Positions 29,588 through 38,080 of a stretch of DNA of 56,835 nucleotides are shown here, one piece after another. The notes under the pieces were generated by a model. The model did no database searches, had not been told where the DNA came from, and was given only the letters and a program-made list of their open reading frames with translations. Origin of the DNA: a virus. Its lineage: Duplodnaviria > Caudoviricetes. The DNA is taken from positions 1 to 56,835 of IMG/VR virus record IMGVR_UViG_3300029309_000046; one strand, written 5' to 3'. The position numbers and the translations under genes were made by a program. Numbering within the stretch: the stretch's first letter is position 1; the number at the start of each line of letters is the position of its first letter.

Positions 29588-31154
29588 AATTTTTGGACCT
29601 CCTGGAACGGGTAAGACTGAAAACTTACTCAAAAGAGTTCAAAGGTATCTCAAACAAGGGATATCACCGTCCGAAATATGTTACATATCTTTTACAAATA
29701 AAGCCGTTGATGAATGCGTTAGTAGAGTCAGAAAAAAATTTAAAGAATATGATGAGGATGATTTTATATACTTTCGAACATTACATTCTTTGGCCCGACA
29801 ACAGTTTGCTGAAATTCCCGTATTAGATCCTAGAGCAGATTTATTAATGTTCCATACTCAATACGGCACTGTAAAAATAAATTTTAAAAACGAATATGAT
29901 GAGGCTAAAGTTTATAACAATTGGTCCTTACAGATATACGACCGTGCAAGGAACATGAAAATAGATCCGATAGTTTTGTATAAACAACAACCCAGAAAAG
30001 CGGTGCGTCTACAACAATTCAAATCTATTATCGCAGGCTACGAGGAGTTTAAAACAATGGAGATGGAGAACGGCCAACGGACACCGGATCGTTTAGATTT
30101 CACTGACATGGTAAAAAAGTTTATTGATGATGCAGGCAATCTACCCATAAAAGTATTAATGGTAGATGAAGCTCAGGACCTGACACCGTTGCAGTGGGAT
30201 ATGGTTGTTAAAATTGCAAAGAATGTTTGGAGAGTTTACATCGCAGGAGATGACGATCAAGCTATTTATGAATGGAACGGGGCAGAGGTGGAATATTTTC
30301 AAAGTTTTCCAGGTAGAAATATTATTTTAAAAAAATCAGTAAGATTAAATAAGAATGTGCATTTCTTTTCTAAATGTTTATTGCAAGGGATGAAGAATAA
30401 CAGAGTAGAAAAAGAGTTTTATTCTAATGATAAAGAGGGGAGTATTCATTATTGGAATAGTTTAAAAAAGGTGCCTTGGAAAACAAAAGGAACTTGGTTA
30501 GTTCTCGCAAGAATTAACGATGTAAAGAAAGAATTACAAGAAGAGGCTAAAAATTTATCTTTGTATTATCAAGATGTAAAAGGTAATAAATCTTTTGATA
30601 TTAATCAGTTTCAAGCAATTCAATATTGGGAGAAAGTTTGTGAGGGTGGAAGCATTACAAGAGAGGAAGCTTGTATTATGTATGAGTATTTATTGAACAT
30701 AGATCACGGATTTAGATCTCAAGAAAGTAAAAAATGGTCTTTTGCCCATCCTAATCAAGTGTTTAATTTTGATGAATTACATCTCAGATGTGGTATGAGA
30801 GATGAAAAAGGATCATGGTTAAAAGTGTTTAAAAGAAAATTTAAGGAAAAAGATAAACAATATTTTTTAAAGATGATAAAAGAGGGGGTGGATTTATCTC
30901 AACCTCCTAAAATTATTATAGATACTATACATCAAGTAAAAGGTGGAGAGGCAGATAACGTTGTTTTATCAAGTAAATGTAACTTTCCATCACATTACGA
31001 AAAAAAAAATTTATCTGAAAAGATTAAAGAGCTTCGGGTTTGGTATACGGGTGCTACCAGATCTAAAGGAACATTACATTTGTTAGGCACTCATCATCAA
31101 TATAATTTTCCGTTAGGAAAATATTATAAATTATACGAGGCTAATTATGTTTAG
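29544..31154 (+). CDS. UvrD/Rep-like SF1 helicase
   Basis: GPPGTGKT, ISFTNKA, TLHSL, VDEAQD, AGDDDQAIY, TIHQVKGGEAD, YTGATR. Confidence 0.92.
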   Translation: MSNSLNKKLRGKTIKIFGPPGTGKTENLLKRVQRYLKQGISPSEICYISFTNKAVDECVSRVRKKFKEYDEDDFIYFRTLHSLARQQFAEIPVLDPRADLLMFHTQYGTVKINFKNEYDEAKVYNNWSLQIYDRARNMKIDPIVLYKQQPRKAVRLQQFKSIIAGYEEFKTMEMENGQRTPDRLDFTDMVKKFIDDAGNLPIKVLMVDEAQDLTPLQWDMVVKIAKNVWRVYIAGDDDQAIYEWNGAEVEYFQSFPGRNIILKKSVRLNKNVHFFSKCLLQGMKNNRVEKEFYSNDKEGSIHYWNSLKKVPWKTKGTWLVLARINDVKKELQEEAKNLSLYYQDVKGNKSFDINQFQAIQYWEKVCEGGSITREEACIMYEYLLNIDHGFRSQESKKWSFAHPNQVFNFDELHLRCGMRDEKGSWLKVFKRKFKEKDKQYFLKMIKEGVDLSQPPKIIIDTIHQVKGGEADNVVLSSKCNFPSHYEKKNLSEKIKELRVWYTGATRSKGTLHLLGTHHQYNFPLGKYYKLYEANYV

Positions 31155-31350
31155 AAGAGTAATAATTCAAGCTTTGGAGGATAGGTACAATGCACAAATT
31201 TCTGAAGCTGAAGCAACAATAAAAATTTATTTAGAGCAACCGGTTGGAATAGGAGAACATCCTCAACATGTAGATGAGGTAGATAAATTAATTGAAAAGA
31301 TTGCAAATGCTGAAGAGAAAATAAAAGTTTTGCAGGAGTATAAGCTATGA
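31147..31350 (+). CDS. Conserved phage hypothetical
   Basis: YLEQPVGIGEHPQ..E.DKL motif. Confidence 0.7.
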   Translation: MFRRVIIQALEDRYNAQISEAEATIKIYLEQPVGIGEHPQHVDEVDKLIEKIANAEEKIKVLQEYKL

Positions 31351-31592
31351 GTGATAAAGATATGTTTGATGAAGCTTTTCCACAAGATAAGCAGATTGGG
31401 GGGAGTCATTATAAATTTTTTGAGATTCAACCGTATGAATTCATTGCAAAAAATGATTTATCGTTTTTTCAAGGCAATGTTGTTAAATATGTATGCAGAT
31501 ATAAACATAAAAATGGAATTGAAGATTTAGAAAAAATAAAACATTACTGTGATTTAGAAATTAAAAAATTAAAAGACGCTAAAAAGAAATGA
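31347..31592 (+). CDS. DUF3310 protein (T7 gp1.7-like nucleotide kinase family)
   Basis: QIGGSHY...IQP..F..GNVVKY.CR...KNGIEDLEK..HY. Confidence 0.85.
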   Translation: MSDKDMFDEAFPQDKQIGGSHYKFFEIQPYEFIAKNDLSFFQGNVVKYVCRYKHKNGIEDLEKIKHYCDLEIKKLKDAKKK

Positions 31593-31732
31593 TTGAAGAT
31601 AAAAGATTATCAAAAACACTTTTAAAAAATCATTATGAATGGTGTAAAAAAAATGGCAGAGAAACAAAATGGTATAAAGAAGCAAAAAAACAATTGTTTA
31701 AAGTGCCAAAAAAAACCCGTAATAATCCATAA
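31589..31732 (+). CDS. Small hypothetical (47 aa)
   Basis: Manually read MIEDKRLSKTLLKNHYEWCKKNGRETKWY...; ATGA overlap. Confidence 0.5.
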   Translation: MIEDKRLSKTLLKNHYEWCKKNGRETKWYKEAKKQLFKVPKKTRNNP

Positions 31733-31796
31733 TAAAGTTTATTATTGTGCAGATTGTTATATAACTTACGTAATAAAAAATGACACATCAACTTAA
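31653..31796 (+). CDS. Small zinc-finger protein
   Basis: Manually read ...NCLKCQKKPVIIHNKVYYCADCY... (CxxC-CxxC). Confidence 0.55.
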   Translation: MAEKQNGIKKQKNNCLKCQKKPVIIHNKVYYCADCYITYVIKNDTST

Positions 31797-33648
31797 TTTT
31801 ATATACAACGACAGTGATTGGATCTGTCCTTCAGAATATCCAGATTTATCTCAAGCAAAAGAAATAGCAATCGATCTTGAAACAAAAGATCCAAATATCA
31901 AAACAAAAGGATCAGGGTGGGCCACATTTGATGGAGGAATTGTTGGCTTTGCTGTGGCGGCCTTCGATCAACAATGGTATTTTCCAATTCAACACGATGC
32001 AGGCGGTAACATGGATTTAACAATTACGTGTGCATGGTTTCAAGATATTTTAAAAACTCCTGCAACTAAAATTTTTCATAACGCAAGCTATGATGTGGGT
32101 TGGTTGTTAGTAAATGGTTTCGAAATAAATGGTAAGATAGTTGATACAATGGTTGCGGCTGCTATCGTAAATGAAAATAGATTTAGTTTTAGTTTAAATG
32201 CTTGTGCAAAAGACTATTTAGGTGAAATCAAAAATGAAACGTTTCTAAACGAAAAAGCTAAAGAATGGGGAATTGACCCTAAAGCTGATCTCTGGAGACT
32301 GCCTGCGGGCTACGTAGGCTTCTATGCTGAGCAAGATGCAGGGTTAACCCTACGGCTTTGGCAAAGACTAAAACAAGAGATTATAAAACAAGATCTTCAT
32401 GATGTTTGGGAAATGGAAATGGAGTTGCTTCCTATCTTAATCAAGATGAGACAACGGGGAATAAGAGTGGATGAAGCAAAAGCTCACTCTTTAAAAAAAG
32501 AGTTTAAAGAAAAAGAATCTATCGTTCTTAAAAAAATAAAAGATGAAACTACTATTAATGTAGATATTTGGGCGGCCAGATCTGTCGCGCAAGTGTTTGA
32601 TCGTATTGGTGTTGAGTACCCACGGACAACGAAAACCGAAGAACCTAGCTTCACGCAAAATTGGCTAATGAACTGTAGTAACCCGATAGCGCAACTAATA
32701 AGAGAAGCAAGAGAAATAAATAAATTCCATTCAACATTCATAGACTCCATTTTAAGATACACCCACAAAGGTAGAATTCATTCTGAAATAAATCAATTAA
32801 GATCTGATCAGGGCGGAACTGTTTCAGGGCGTTTATCATATTCAAATCCGAACTTACAACAAATCCCTGCAAGAAACAAAGAGTTTGGAGATAAAATTCG
32901 TGGATTATTTTTAGCTGAAGAAGGAAGACAATGGGGTAGCTTTGATTATTCACAACAAGAGCCTAGACTTGTGGCTCATTACGCGGCCTCAGTTGCAAAA
33001 CAATTTCCGGGGGCTGACGAATTTATTCAAGCTTATGAAAATGAAGAAGCTGACTTTCATCAAATAGTGGCTGACATGGCAGGCATATCAAGAACTCAAG
33101 CTAAAACAATTAACCTTGGACTATTCTATGGTATGGGTAAGGCCAAATTAGCTAAAGAGTTAGGTATAGATAAAGACTCTGCTGAAAGGCTTTTGATAAC
33201 TTATAATGACAGAGTGCCATTTGTTAAAAAATTAGCTGTAGAGGTGACTAACAGTGCCTCAAAATATGGCTTTATTCGAACGTTAAAGGGCCGTAAATGC
33301 CGATTTGACATGTGGGAGCCATCTACCTTCGGAATGAATAAAGCTATGCACTACGAGGAGGCTAAGGCCATTTATGGAAATAACATCAGAAGGGCTTTTA
33401 CCTACAAAGCTTTAAACAGATTGATACAAGGGTCAGCGGCCGATCAAACTAAACAAGCTATGATTGATTGTTATAAAGCGGGGTTTATGCCTTTACTACA
33501 AATTCATGATGAATTATGTTTTTCAATTGGAAATGAAAATGAAATTAAAACAATAAAAGAAAAGATGGAAAATGCAGTCGACAGTCTCAAAGTACCTTCC
33601 AAAGTTGATATTGCCCTCGGACGATCCTGGGGAGAAGCTAAGGAATAA
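31780..33648 (+). CDS. polA: Family A DNA polymerase with 3'-5' exonuclease
   Basis: AIDLET, FHNASYD, YAEQDA exo motifs; SGRLSYSNPNLQQIP, DYSQQEPR, RTQAKTINLGLFYG, IQGSAAD, QIHDEL. Confidence 0.97.
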   Translation: MTHQLNFIYNDSDWICPSEYPDLSQAKEIAIDLETKDPNIKTKGSGWATFDGGIVGFAVAAFDQQWYFPIQHDAGGNMDLTITCAWFQDILKTPATKIFHNASYDVGWLLVNGFEINGKIVDTMVAAAIVNENRFSFSLNACAKDYLGEIKNETFLNEKAKEWGIDPKADLWRLPAGYVGFYAEQDAGLTLRLWQRLKQEIIKQDLHDVWEMEMELLPILIKMRQRGIRVDEAKAHSLKKEFKEKESIVLKKIKDETTINVDIWAARSVAQVFDRIGVEYPRTTKTEEPSFTQNWLMNCSNPIAQLIREAREINKFHSTFIDSILRYTHKGRIHSEINQLRSDQGGTVSGRLSYSNPNLQQIPARNKEFGDKIRGLFLAEEGRQWGSFDYSQQEPRLVAHYAASVAKQFPGADEFIQAYENEEADFHQIVADMAGISRTQAKTINLGLFYGMGKAKLAKELGIDKDSAERLLITYNDRVPFVKKLAVEVTNSASKYGFIRTLKGRKCRFDMWEPSTFGMNKAMHYEEAKAIYGNNIRRAFTYKALNRLIQGSAADQTKQAMIDCYKAGFMPLLQIHDELCFSIGNENEIKTIKEKMENAVDSLKVPSKVDIALGRSWGEAKE

Positions 33649-33677
33649 TAATTGCAATCACTGTAATAACACAAGAG

Positions 33678-33815
33678 TTAATCTTGTGATTGAGGATCTT
33701 GAGATTCTTCATTCATCTCCTTGTCCTCATTGTTCTCCGACTCCTTCTTACTTTCGCTCTCTTGGATTTTTTTAAGTTCTTTATAATAGTTTGGGTGTTT
33801 CCATTCAAATGACAT
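33678..33815 (-). CDS. Small hypothetical (45 aa, MSFEWKHPNYYKELKK...)
   Basis: Manually read; purine-rich RBS AAGGA upstream; acidic tail. Confidence 0.6.
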   Translation of the reverse strand: MSFEWKHPNYYKELKKIQESESKKESENNEDKEMNEESQDPQSQD

Positions 33816-33838
33816 ATCTTTTTCCTTTTAGTTTATTT

Positions 33839-34536
33839 GTGAATATGGTCAAGATTGTTGTTATTTATTTAAACGTTTTAACTTTGCTTTATACTTTTTC
33901 AAGTAAGTCAAAGTTGTTTTATTTTTTGTTTCCCACTTTTTTACCAAAGCTTCAAAGTGTTTTATCTTTTTAAGCTTTTTGTCTTCAGGCGAGAGAACAA
34001 TTTTCTTTTTTTTCAAAGTACCATTTAACCAACCTTTGAATTGTACATACTTAATCATGTCCAATTCTAGTTCAGCTTGTTGGTAGCAATGATGGTTCAT
34101 GTTTGGCCTCAACCATTTATGAACCATGTGCGATACATCATGGATTAATCTTCTCCATCCATTATGTAAAGTTGACGGATCACCGGATAAGCAGATCCAA
34201 CATTTTCTAGTCCATGTCTCATAAGATTTTTTTCCTAAAGGTCTTATAAGCCTAATGGGCATTTTTCTATTAACCCATTTATATTCACCCCAGCCGTTAT
34301 AATTTCTAGCTGTTTTTTTTCTTCCAAACTTTCTAACTAAAAGTCGATATGCTCGTTGAGCTTCTTCTTTAGTTATGTATGGAAGAACATCGGGCAATGT
34401 TGAATTGCAATCTCGATATTTTTTCATGGTATTAAATTTGACATCTAACGATGCCATCATTGAGTCTAACTTGGTTAGAGTTTGACTGACTGATTTTTCA
34501 CTCATGTTGCTCTCCTTGTTACTTGACCATATTCAC
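33839..34536. repeat. Perfect 15-bp inverted repeat enclosing gene 33861-34505
   Basis: GTGAATATGGTCAAG at 33839-33853; CTTGACCATATTCAC at 34522-34536. Confidence 0.9.
33861..34505 (-). CDS. Hypothetical with zincin-like HDxxH motif
   Basis: RBS AAGGAG; GWRRLIHDVSHMVH...HH; basic coiled-coil C-terminus. Confidence 0.7.
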   Translation of the reverse strand: MSEKSVSQTLTKLDSMMASLDVKFNTMKKYRDCNSTLPDVLPYITKEEAQRAYRLLVRKFGRKKTARNYNGWGEYKWVNRKMPIRLIRPLGKKSYETWTRKCWICLSGDPSTLHNGWRRLIHDVSHMVHKWLRPNMNHHCYQQAELELDMIKYVQFKGWLNGTLKKKKIVLSPEDKKLKKIKHFEALVKKWETKNKTTLTYLKKYKAKLKRLNK

Positions 34537-34598
34537 GATGTTTAATAACTAAGTGACTTTTCTTATCACTAATAAAAATTTCTCATAAAAATTTTTAT

Positions 34599-34635
34599 AT
34601 TGACATTATACCAAATTGGGTTTTGTACTTTTTGG
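34599..34635 (-). promoter_or_regulatory. Extended -10 promoter (TGgTATAAT)
   Basis: Minus strand TGGTATAAT, hexamer at 34610-34605, ~100 nt upstream of the 34505 start. Confidence 0.6.
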
Positions 34636-34797
34636 TAAAAATATTTTTTTGTTAAATTCTAGAGCGATGAAGTTTTAGGGTGTTTAATTATAGATGCGAC
34701 AATTCGCAACTTTCTGGGATTTTGTGGGATTTCAGTTTTTTGAGGACAAACCTCCTCTAACAATGTTTTGAAAACAAAATTTGCAAATTAATTTTTT

Positions 34798-34986
34798 TTA
34801 ACTTGCTATGTCTAAAAGACCTTTTTTTGCGTCTTCGACACTTTGATCATTGATCTTAGTTCTAAGATCTTTAATCTTAATATCTATCCATTTCATATCA
34901 GGTGTCACTCTTCCTTGGCTCAAAGCTTGGTTTGCCCACTTTGATTCCAATTGGAGTTTCTCCGATATTAACTTTTGTAGTTGCAT
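34798..34986 (-). CDS. Hypothetical protein
   Basis: MQLQKLISEKLQLESKW...MKWIDIKIKDL; start may be 34995. Confidence 0.6.
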   Translation of the reverse strand: MQLQKLISEKLQLESKWANQALSQGRVTPDMKWIDIKIKDLRTKINDQSVEDAKKGLLDIAS

Positions 34987-35176
34987 CTCGGTCAACCTCC
35001 TCGAAGGTTAAGAACAAATGGTCAGGATTATGATATCCAGGCCCTTCTCTTTCTGTTACAACACCTGAGGCAACCTTCTTTACAAAATCCTCAAGTACGG
35101 CCTTATCGTTCTCAGCCTCAAGCATCTCATCAATATATATATTTTTATAGTTTGCTTGGACGCGATAAAGCTTCAT
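34898..35176 (-). CDS. Hypothetical protein, probably leaderless
   Basis: 92-aa ORF; ATG 5 nt after TATAAT. Confidence 0.6.
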   Translation of the reverse strand: MKLYRVQANYKNIYIDEMLEAENDKAVLEDFVKKVASGVVTEREGPGYHNPDHLFLTFEEVDRDATTKVNIGETPIGIKVGKPSFEPRKSDT

Positions 35177-35181
35177 GCAAG

Positions 35182-35211
35182 ATTATATATCAAAATGTGA
35201 TATAAATGCAA
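35182..35211 (-). promoter_or_regulatory. sigma70-like promoter TTGCAT-18-TATAAT
   Basis: Minus strand TTGCAT (35211-35206) and TATAAT (35187-35182). Confidence 0.7.
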
Positions 35212-35490
35212 CTATGTTGTAATTTTAGGTTTTTTTGGCGGTATAATTAGCTTTTCTTGAGGGGTTTTAATTTCTTCACATTGAAATTTTACAACGATTT
35301 TACTGTTTTCTATATAACCACTATCAAATTCTTCGGTGTTTTCTAGATTTTTAAATGTTCCGTAAGCTATACGATATCCAAATTCAACACACTCTGTATG
35401 AGTTGGAAAAGAATGGCCCGTATAATGATACGAAGGGCATTGGCCACTTAACACACTACACATGTACAAAACCACGTAAAATTTGCTCAT
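35212..35490 (-). CDS. Hypothetical Cys-containing protein
   Basis: KFYVVLYMCS....C...F...ECV..GY...VKFQC pattern. Confidence 0.65.
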   Translation of the reverse strand: MSKFYVVLYMCSVLSGQCPSYHYTGHSFPTHTECVEFGYRIAYGTFKNLENTEEFDSGYIENSKIVVKFQCEEIKTPQEKLIIPPKKPKITT

Positions 35491-35521
35491 AAATCTTATA
35501 TTATCCTATAACATTTTTTCC

Positions 35522-35551
35522 TTGCAAATCCCATTAAAATAATTATATAGT
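35522..35551 (+). promoter_or_regulatory. sigma70-like promoter TTGCAA-18-TATAGT
   Basis: Same CTTGCA-N9-AAAATAATTATA layout as at 26611. Confidence 0.6.
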
Positions 35552-35610
35552 AAGAGATGCAAATAATAAGAGTAGCACGATTAAAAACAAAAAACAAACA
35601 CAGAGACAAT

Positions 35611-35781
35611 ATGCCAAAAAATAAAATAAAAGTCCCCGTAATTTTAACGGAGGATGAAATTATAAACATCTTAAATAGATTTTCTATAGGTATGCTATCA
35701 GATAATCTAGATGACGATGATAAAAATTTAGCGCGTAAATTAAGTTACGCGTTAAAACAATGTGAAGGCGAGGGAAAATGA
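35611..35781 (+). CDS. Hypothetical protein
   Basis: ATG 35611 after an A/C-rich leader (ORF track start 35557). Confidence 0.55.
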   Translation: MPKNKIKVPVILTEDEIINILNRFSIGMLSDNLDDDDKNLARKLSYALKQCEGEGK

Positions 35782-36029
35782 TTAAATCAAATTCCGAAGC
35801 TTTCAGAGATTGGGTTAAAGAAATGGACAAGGTACTTTCTGAAACTCAAAACTTAACCATAGATGGTCAACCGATGGAAGCATCCGATGATCATTTTAAA
35901 TCACAAACAAAAAATCTTGCAAAAGTTCCGCTAGTCCTAGATGGTCAGGCAGTTTATCCACTTAATGATTGGACCGCTTCTGATTTAGTCCATAGTGAAA
36001 TTGATGCAAAAAATACGGAGTTAGAATAA
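35778..36029 (+). CDS. Hypothetical protein
   Basis: ATGA overlap, acidic 83 aa. Confidence 0.65.
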   Translation: MIKSNSEAFRDWVKEMDKVLSETQNLTIDGQPMEASDDHFKSQTKNLAKVPLVLDGQAVYPLNDWTASDLVHSEIDAKNTELE

Positions 36030-36811
36030 TGTCTAAAACAAAAAAGAAAAACGAGGATAATGTAATTCATATCACTCGTGATTACAGTATGTTTAAAACT
36101 GTAAAAGGTAATCGTGAAATAGATAAAGGTCACGTGCAAAAACTAATTAGGGAGATGAAGAAAAAAGATCTTGATCTGCCTATCTTTATCAATGAGAATG
36201 ACGAGGTAGTTGATGGTCAACATACTTTGCAAGCTCGAAAAGAGTTAGGAAAACCGGTCAGATACATAAGAGGTAAATTCGAAAATGAATTCGATGTTGC
36301 CATCATGAATGCTAATAGAAAAAATTGGCCCATGACCGCTTATCTAAACTTTCATATTGAAAATGGTAAAAAAGATTATCAAATCATTAAAGCAATGACG
36401 AAGCAATATTCTTTACCATTGGAGTGTGCAATATTTTTACTTGCAGGCGGATACTCAATGTGGAGAGAAACTAGAGCTGATTTTAAACAAGGTAAGTTTA
36501 GAATAAAAACTTTACAGAGATGTAATGAAATTGGTGCTGATCTAATGTTTATGAAAAACAACTTTAATATTAGGTTAACAAGATCTTTCATTACTGCGTA
36601 TGCTGTTGTTTCTGAACATCCTAAATTTAAATGGGATCGTTTCAAAACTGCGTTGAAATCTAAATCTGCGTTGTTATTGCGGGGTACTAACACGGAAGAT
36701 TTTGTTAGAGTGTTCGACAAAATCTATAACGGTAACGTGCATAATAAAATAAATTTTATTCGATATTTTATTGACCGTGAGTATCAAGAGGACGAGGAAA
36801 ATAACAATTAA
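36029..36811 (+). CDS. ParB/Srx N-terminal-domain protein
   Basis: GNREID..HV..L...M, PIFINE...VVDGQH.L.A...LG. Confidence 0.75.
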   Translation: MSKTKKKNEDNVIHITRDYSMFKTVKGNREIDKGHVQKLIREMKKKDLDLPIFINENDEVVDGQHTLQARKELGKPVRYIRGKFENEFDVAIMNANRKNWPMTAYLNFHIENGKKDYQIIKAMTKQYSLPLECAIFLLAGGYSMWRETRADFKQGKFRIKTLQRCNEIGADLMFMKNNFNIRLTRSFITAYAVVSEHPKFKWDRFKTALKSKSALLLRGTNTEDFVRVFDKIYNGNVHNKINFIRYFIDREYQEDEENNN

Positions 36812-36829
36812 TAGAGAGGACAAAGAAAG

Positions 36830-37045
36830 ATGGACATAAGTAAATGGAAATCCTGCGCCGTTGACATTGATACCTATTGCATTTTGCGTGCAATGGGTAG
36901 TCACGGCTTCAGGAAACCCGCTTCAATGATTGCAAAAATTACTGATGATGAGGTCAAGAAAATTGCAAAGAAGCAAAACCAACCTTATGAAAAAACAAAA
37001 GAAAATTTACTATCTCAAGGCCGAAAGCTTTTGAAGGGTAAATAG
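36830..37045 (+). CDS. Small putative DNA-binding (ribbon-helix-helix-like) protein
   Basis: MDISKWKSCAVDIDTY..L......R.P..MI pattern; RBS GAGG. Confidence 0.55.
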   Translation: MDISKWKSCAVDIDTYCILRAMGSHGFRKPASMIAKITDDEVKKIAKKQNQPYEKTKENLLSQGRKLLKGK

Positions 37046-37056
37046 CTGATCAGCGC

Positions 37057-37120
37057 GACAAGGCCTGGGAGACTAGGCCTTGTTAAGAGCGGTTAGTTAA
37101 TCGGGAACCTAACCGCCCTC
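37057..37120 (+). terminator. Two tandem hairpins after 36830-37045 (terminator or 3' stabiliser)
   Basis: GACAAGGCCTGG-GAGA-CTAGGCCTTGTT and GCGGTTAG...CTAACCGC. Confidence 0.5.
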
Positions 37121-37199
37121 ACTTACATATGTGATTTTTTTTCAAAATTGTACCAAAAAAATTTGTTGCATTACATATTATAATCCTATAAGTATTTGA

Positions 37200-37318
37200 T
37201 ATCGTATTCCATTACCTTAATGAAAAAGAGGGGTTAAGCTCTTTATCTTCATGAACCGCGAAAATTAGTTAATTAACTTTAAATTGAGGTTAGGTATGAA
37301 TACGGTATTTTTTGTTTT
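37200..37318 (+). ncRNA. Candidate structured small RNA
   Basis: Outer stem TATCGTATTC/GAATACGGTA, two inner stems, upstream TTGCAT, downstream T-tract. Confidence 0.5.
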
Positions 37319-37398
37319 AGAAATATTTCACGGCATATTTGTGAAAAATTTACGTGCGGAGTATCCATTCCATATCTTTTCCCCTCCGCACGTGAACT

Positions 37399-37590
37399 AT
37401 GAAACACTTAACTGAACTTGCTCAGGAAAACATCGAAATCTGTAAAAATTTAGAGGGCGAAGATCGATCTGATTTTATTCAAACTCACCTGGATGATTAT
37501 TATTTTGCGATGAACGTAGTCACTGCACCGAAAGTATTAAGGTATTATCGTGAATTATTCGTTAAACTTGTTAAAAATTTTGGGCATTAA
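37399..37590 (+). CDS. Hypothetical protein
   Basis: 63-aa ORF overlapping the next gene. Confidence 0.6.
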   Translation: MKHLTELAQENIEICKNLEGEDRSDFIQTHLDDYYFAMNVVTAPKVLRYYRELFVKLVKNFGH

Positions 37591-37987
37591 TATATCACGG
37601 GAACTGATAGACGGACAACGGACACCGGAAGAACGGTTGTTTCAGGCCATAATACTGCAAGCGTTTGAAGATGCACTGAACATGGGCCAACACAAACATG
37701 ACGCTTATGCGAAGCAAGACAGTTATGATTGGTTTACAAATGATACACAAAATTTTACTAATATTTGTTGGTTTGCTAGCTTTGAGCCTGAGATAATTAG
37801 AAGCAAATTCAATGAGTTAATATCAAATAAGACAATAAGCTATACCAAAATTCAATTGAAATGGCTAAGGTATAGATGGTTATATAAGCAATACAGACAA
37901 AGCCACGATAAAGCTGAACGTAGAAAAATATTAAAAGAGATTAAAAGTATTGGGGGACTAAAGAAAACCCCCGAGGAAAAAATATAA
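37550..37987 (+). CDS. Conserved phage hypothetical
   Basis: PEERLFQAIILQAFEDAL...DWF...F..IC motif. Confidence 0.65.
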   Translation: MNYSLNLLKILGINISRELIDGQRTPEERLFQAIILQAFEDALNMGQHKHDAYAKQDSYDWFTNDTQNFTNICWFASFEPEIIRSKFNELISNKTISYTKIQLKWLRYRWLYKQYRQSHDKAERRKILKEIKSIGGLKKTPEEKI

Positions 37988-38080
37988 TTATAACAACTAA
38001 AAACCTCAGGGGTTAAGAGAGCAAATAATGAAAAACACTATTTCATTAATTTTACCAAAAATAATTGATCACGTAAACTA

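Noticed and set aside
33839-34536. IR-flanked unit as an IS element or retron
   Set aside because: No DDE/HUH/serine transposase or YxDD reverse-transcriptase motif in the cargo or elsewhere; no clear target duplication
37050-37395. tRNA/tmRNA in the structured intergenic region
   Set aside because: No TTCGA T-loop, acceptor stem or CCA pattern found
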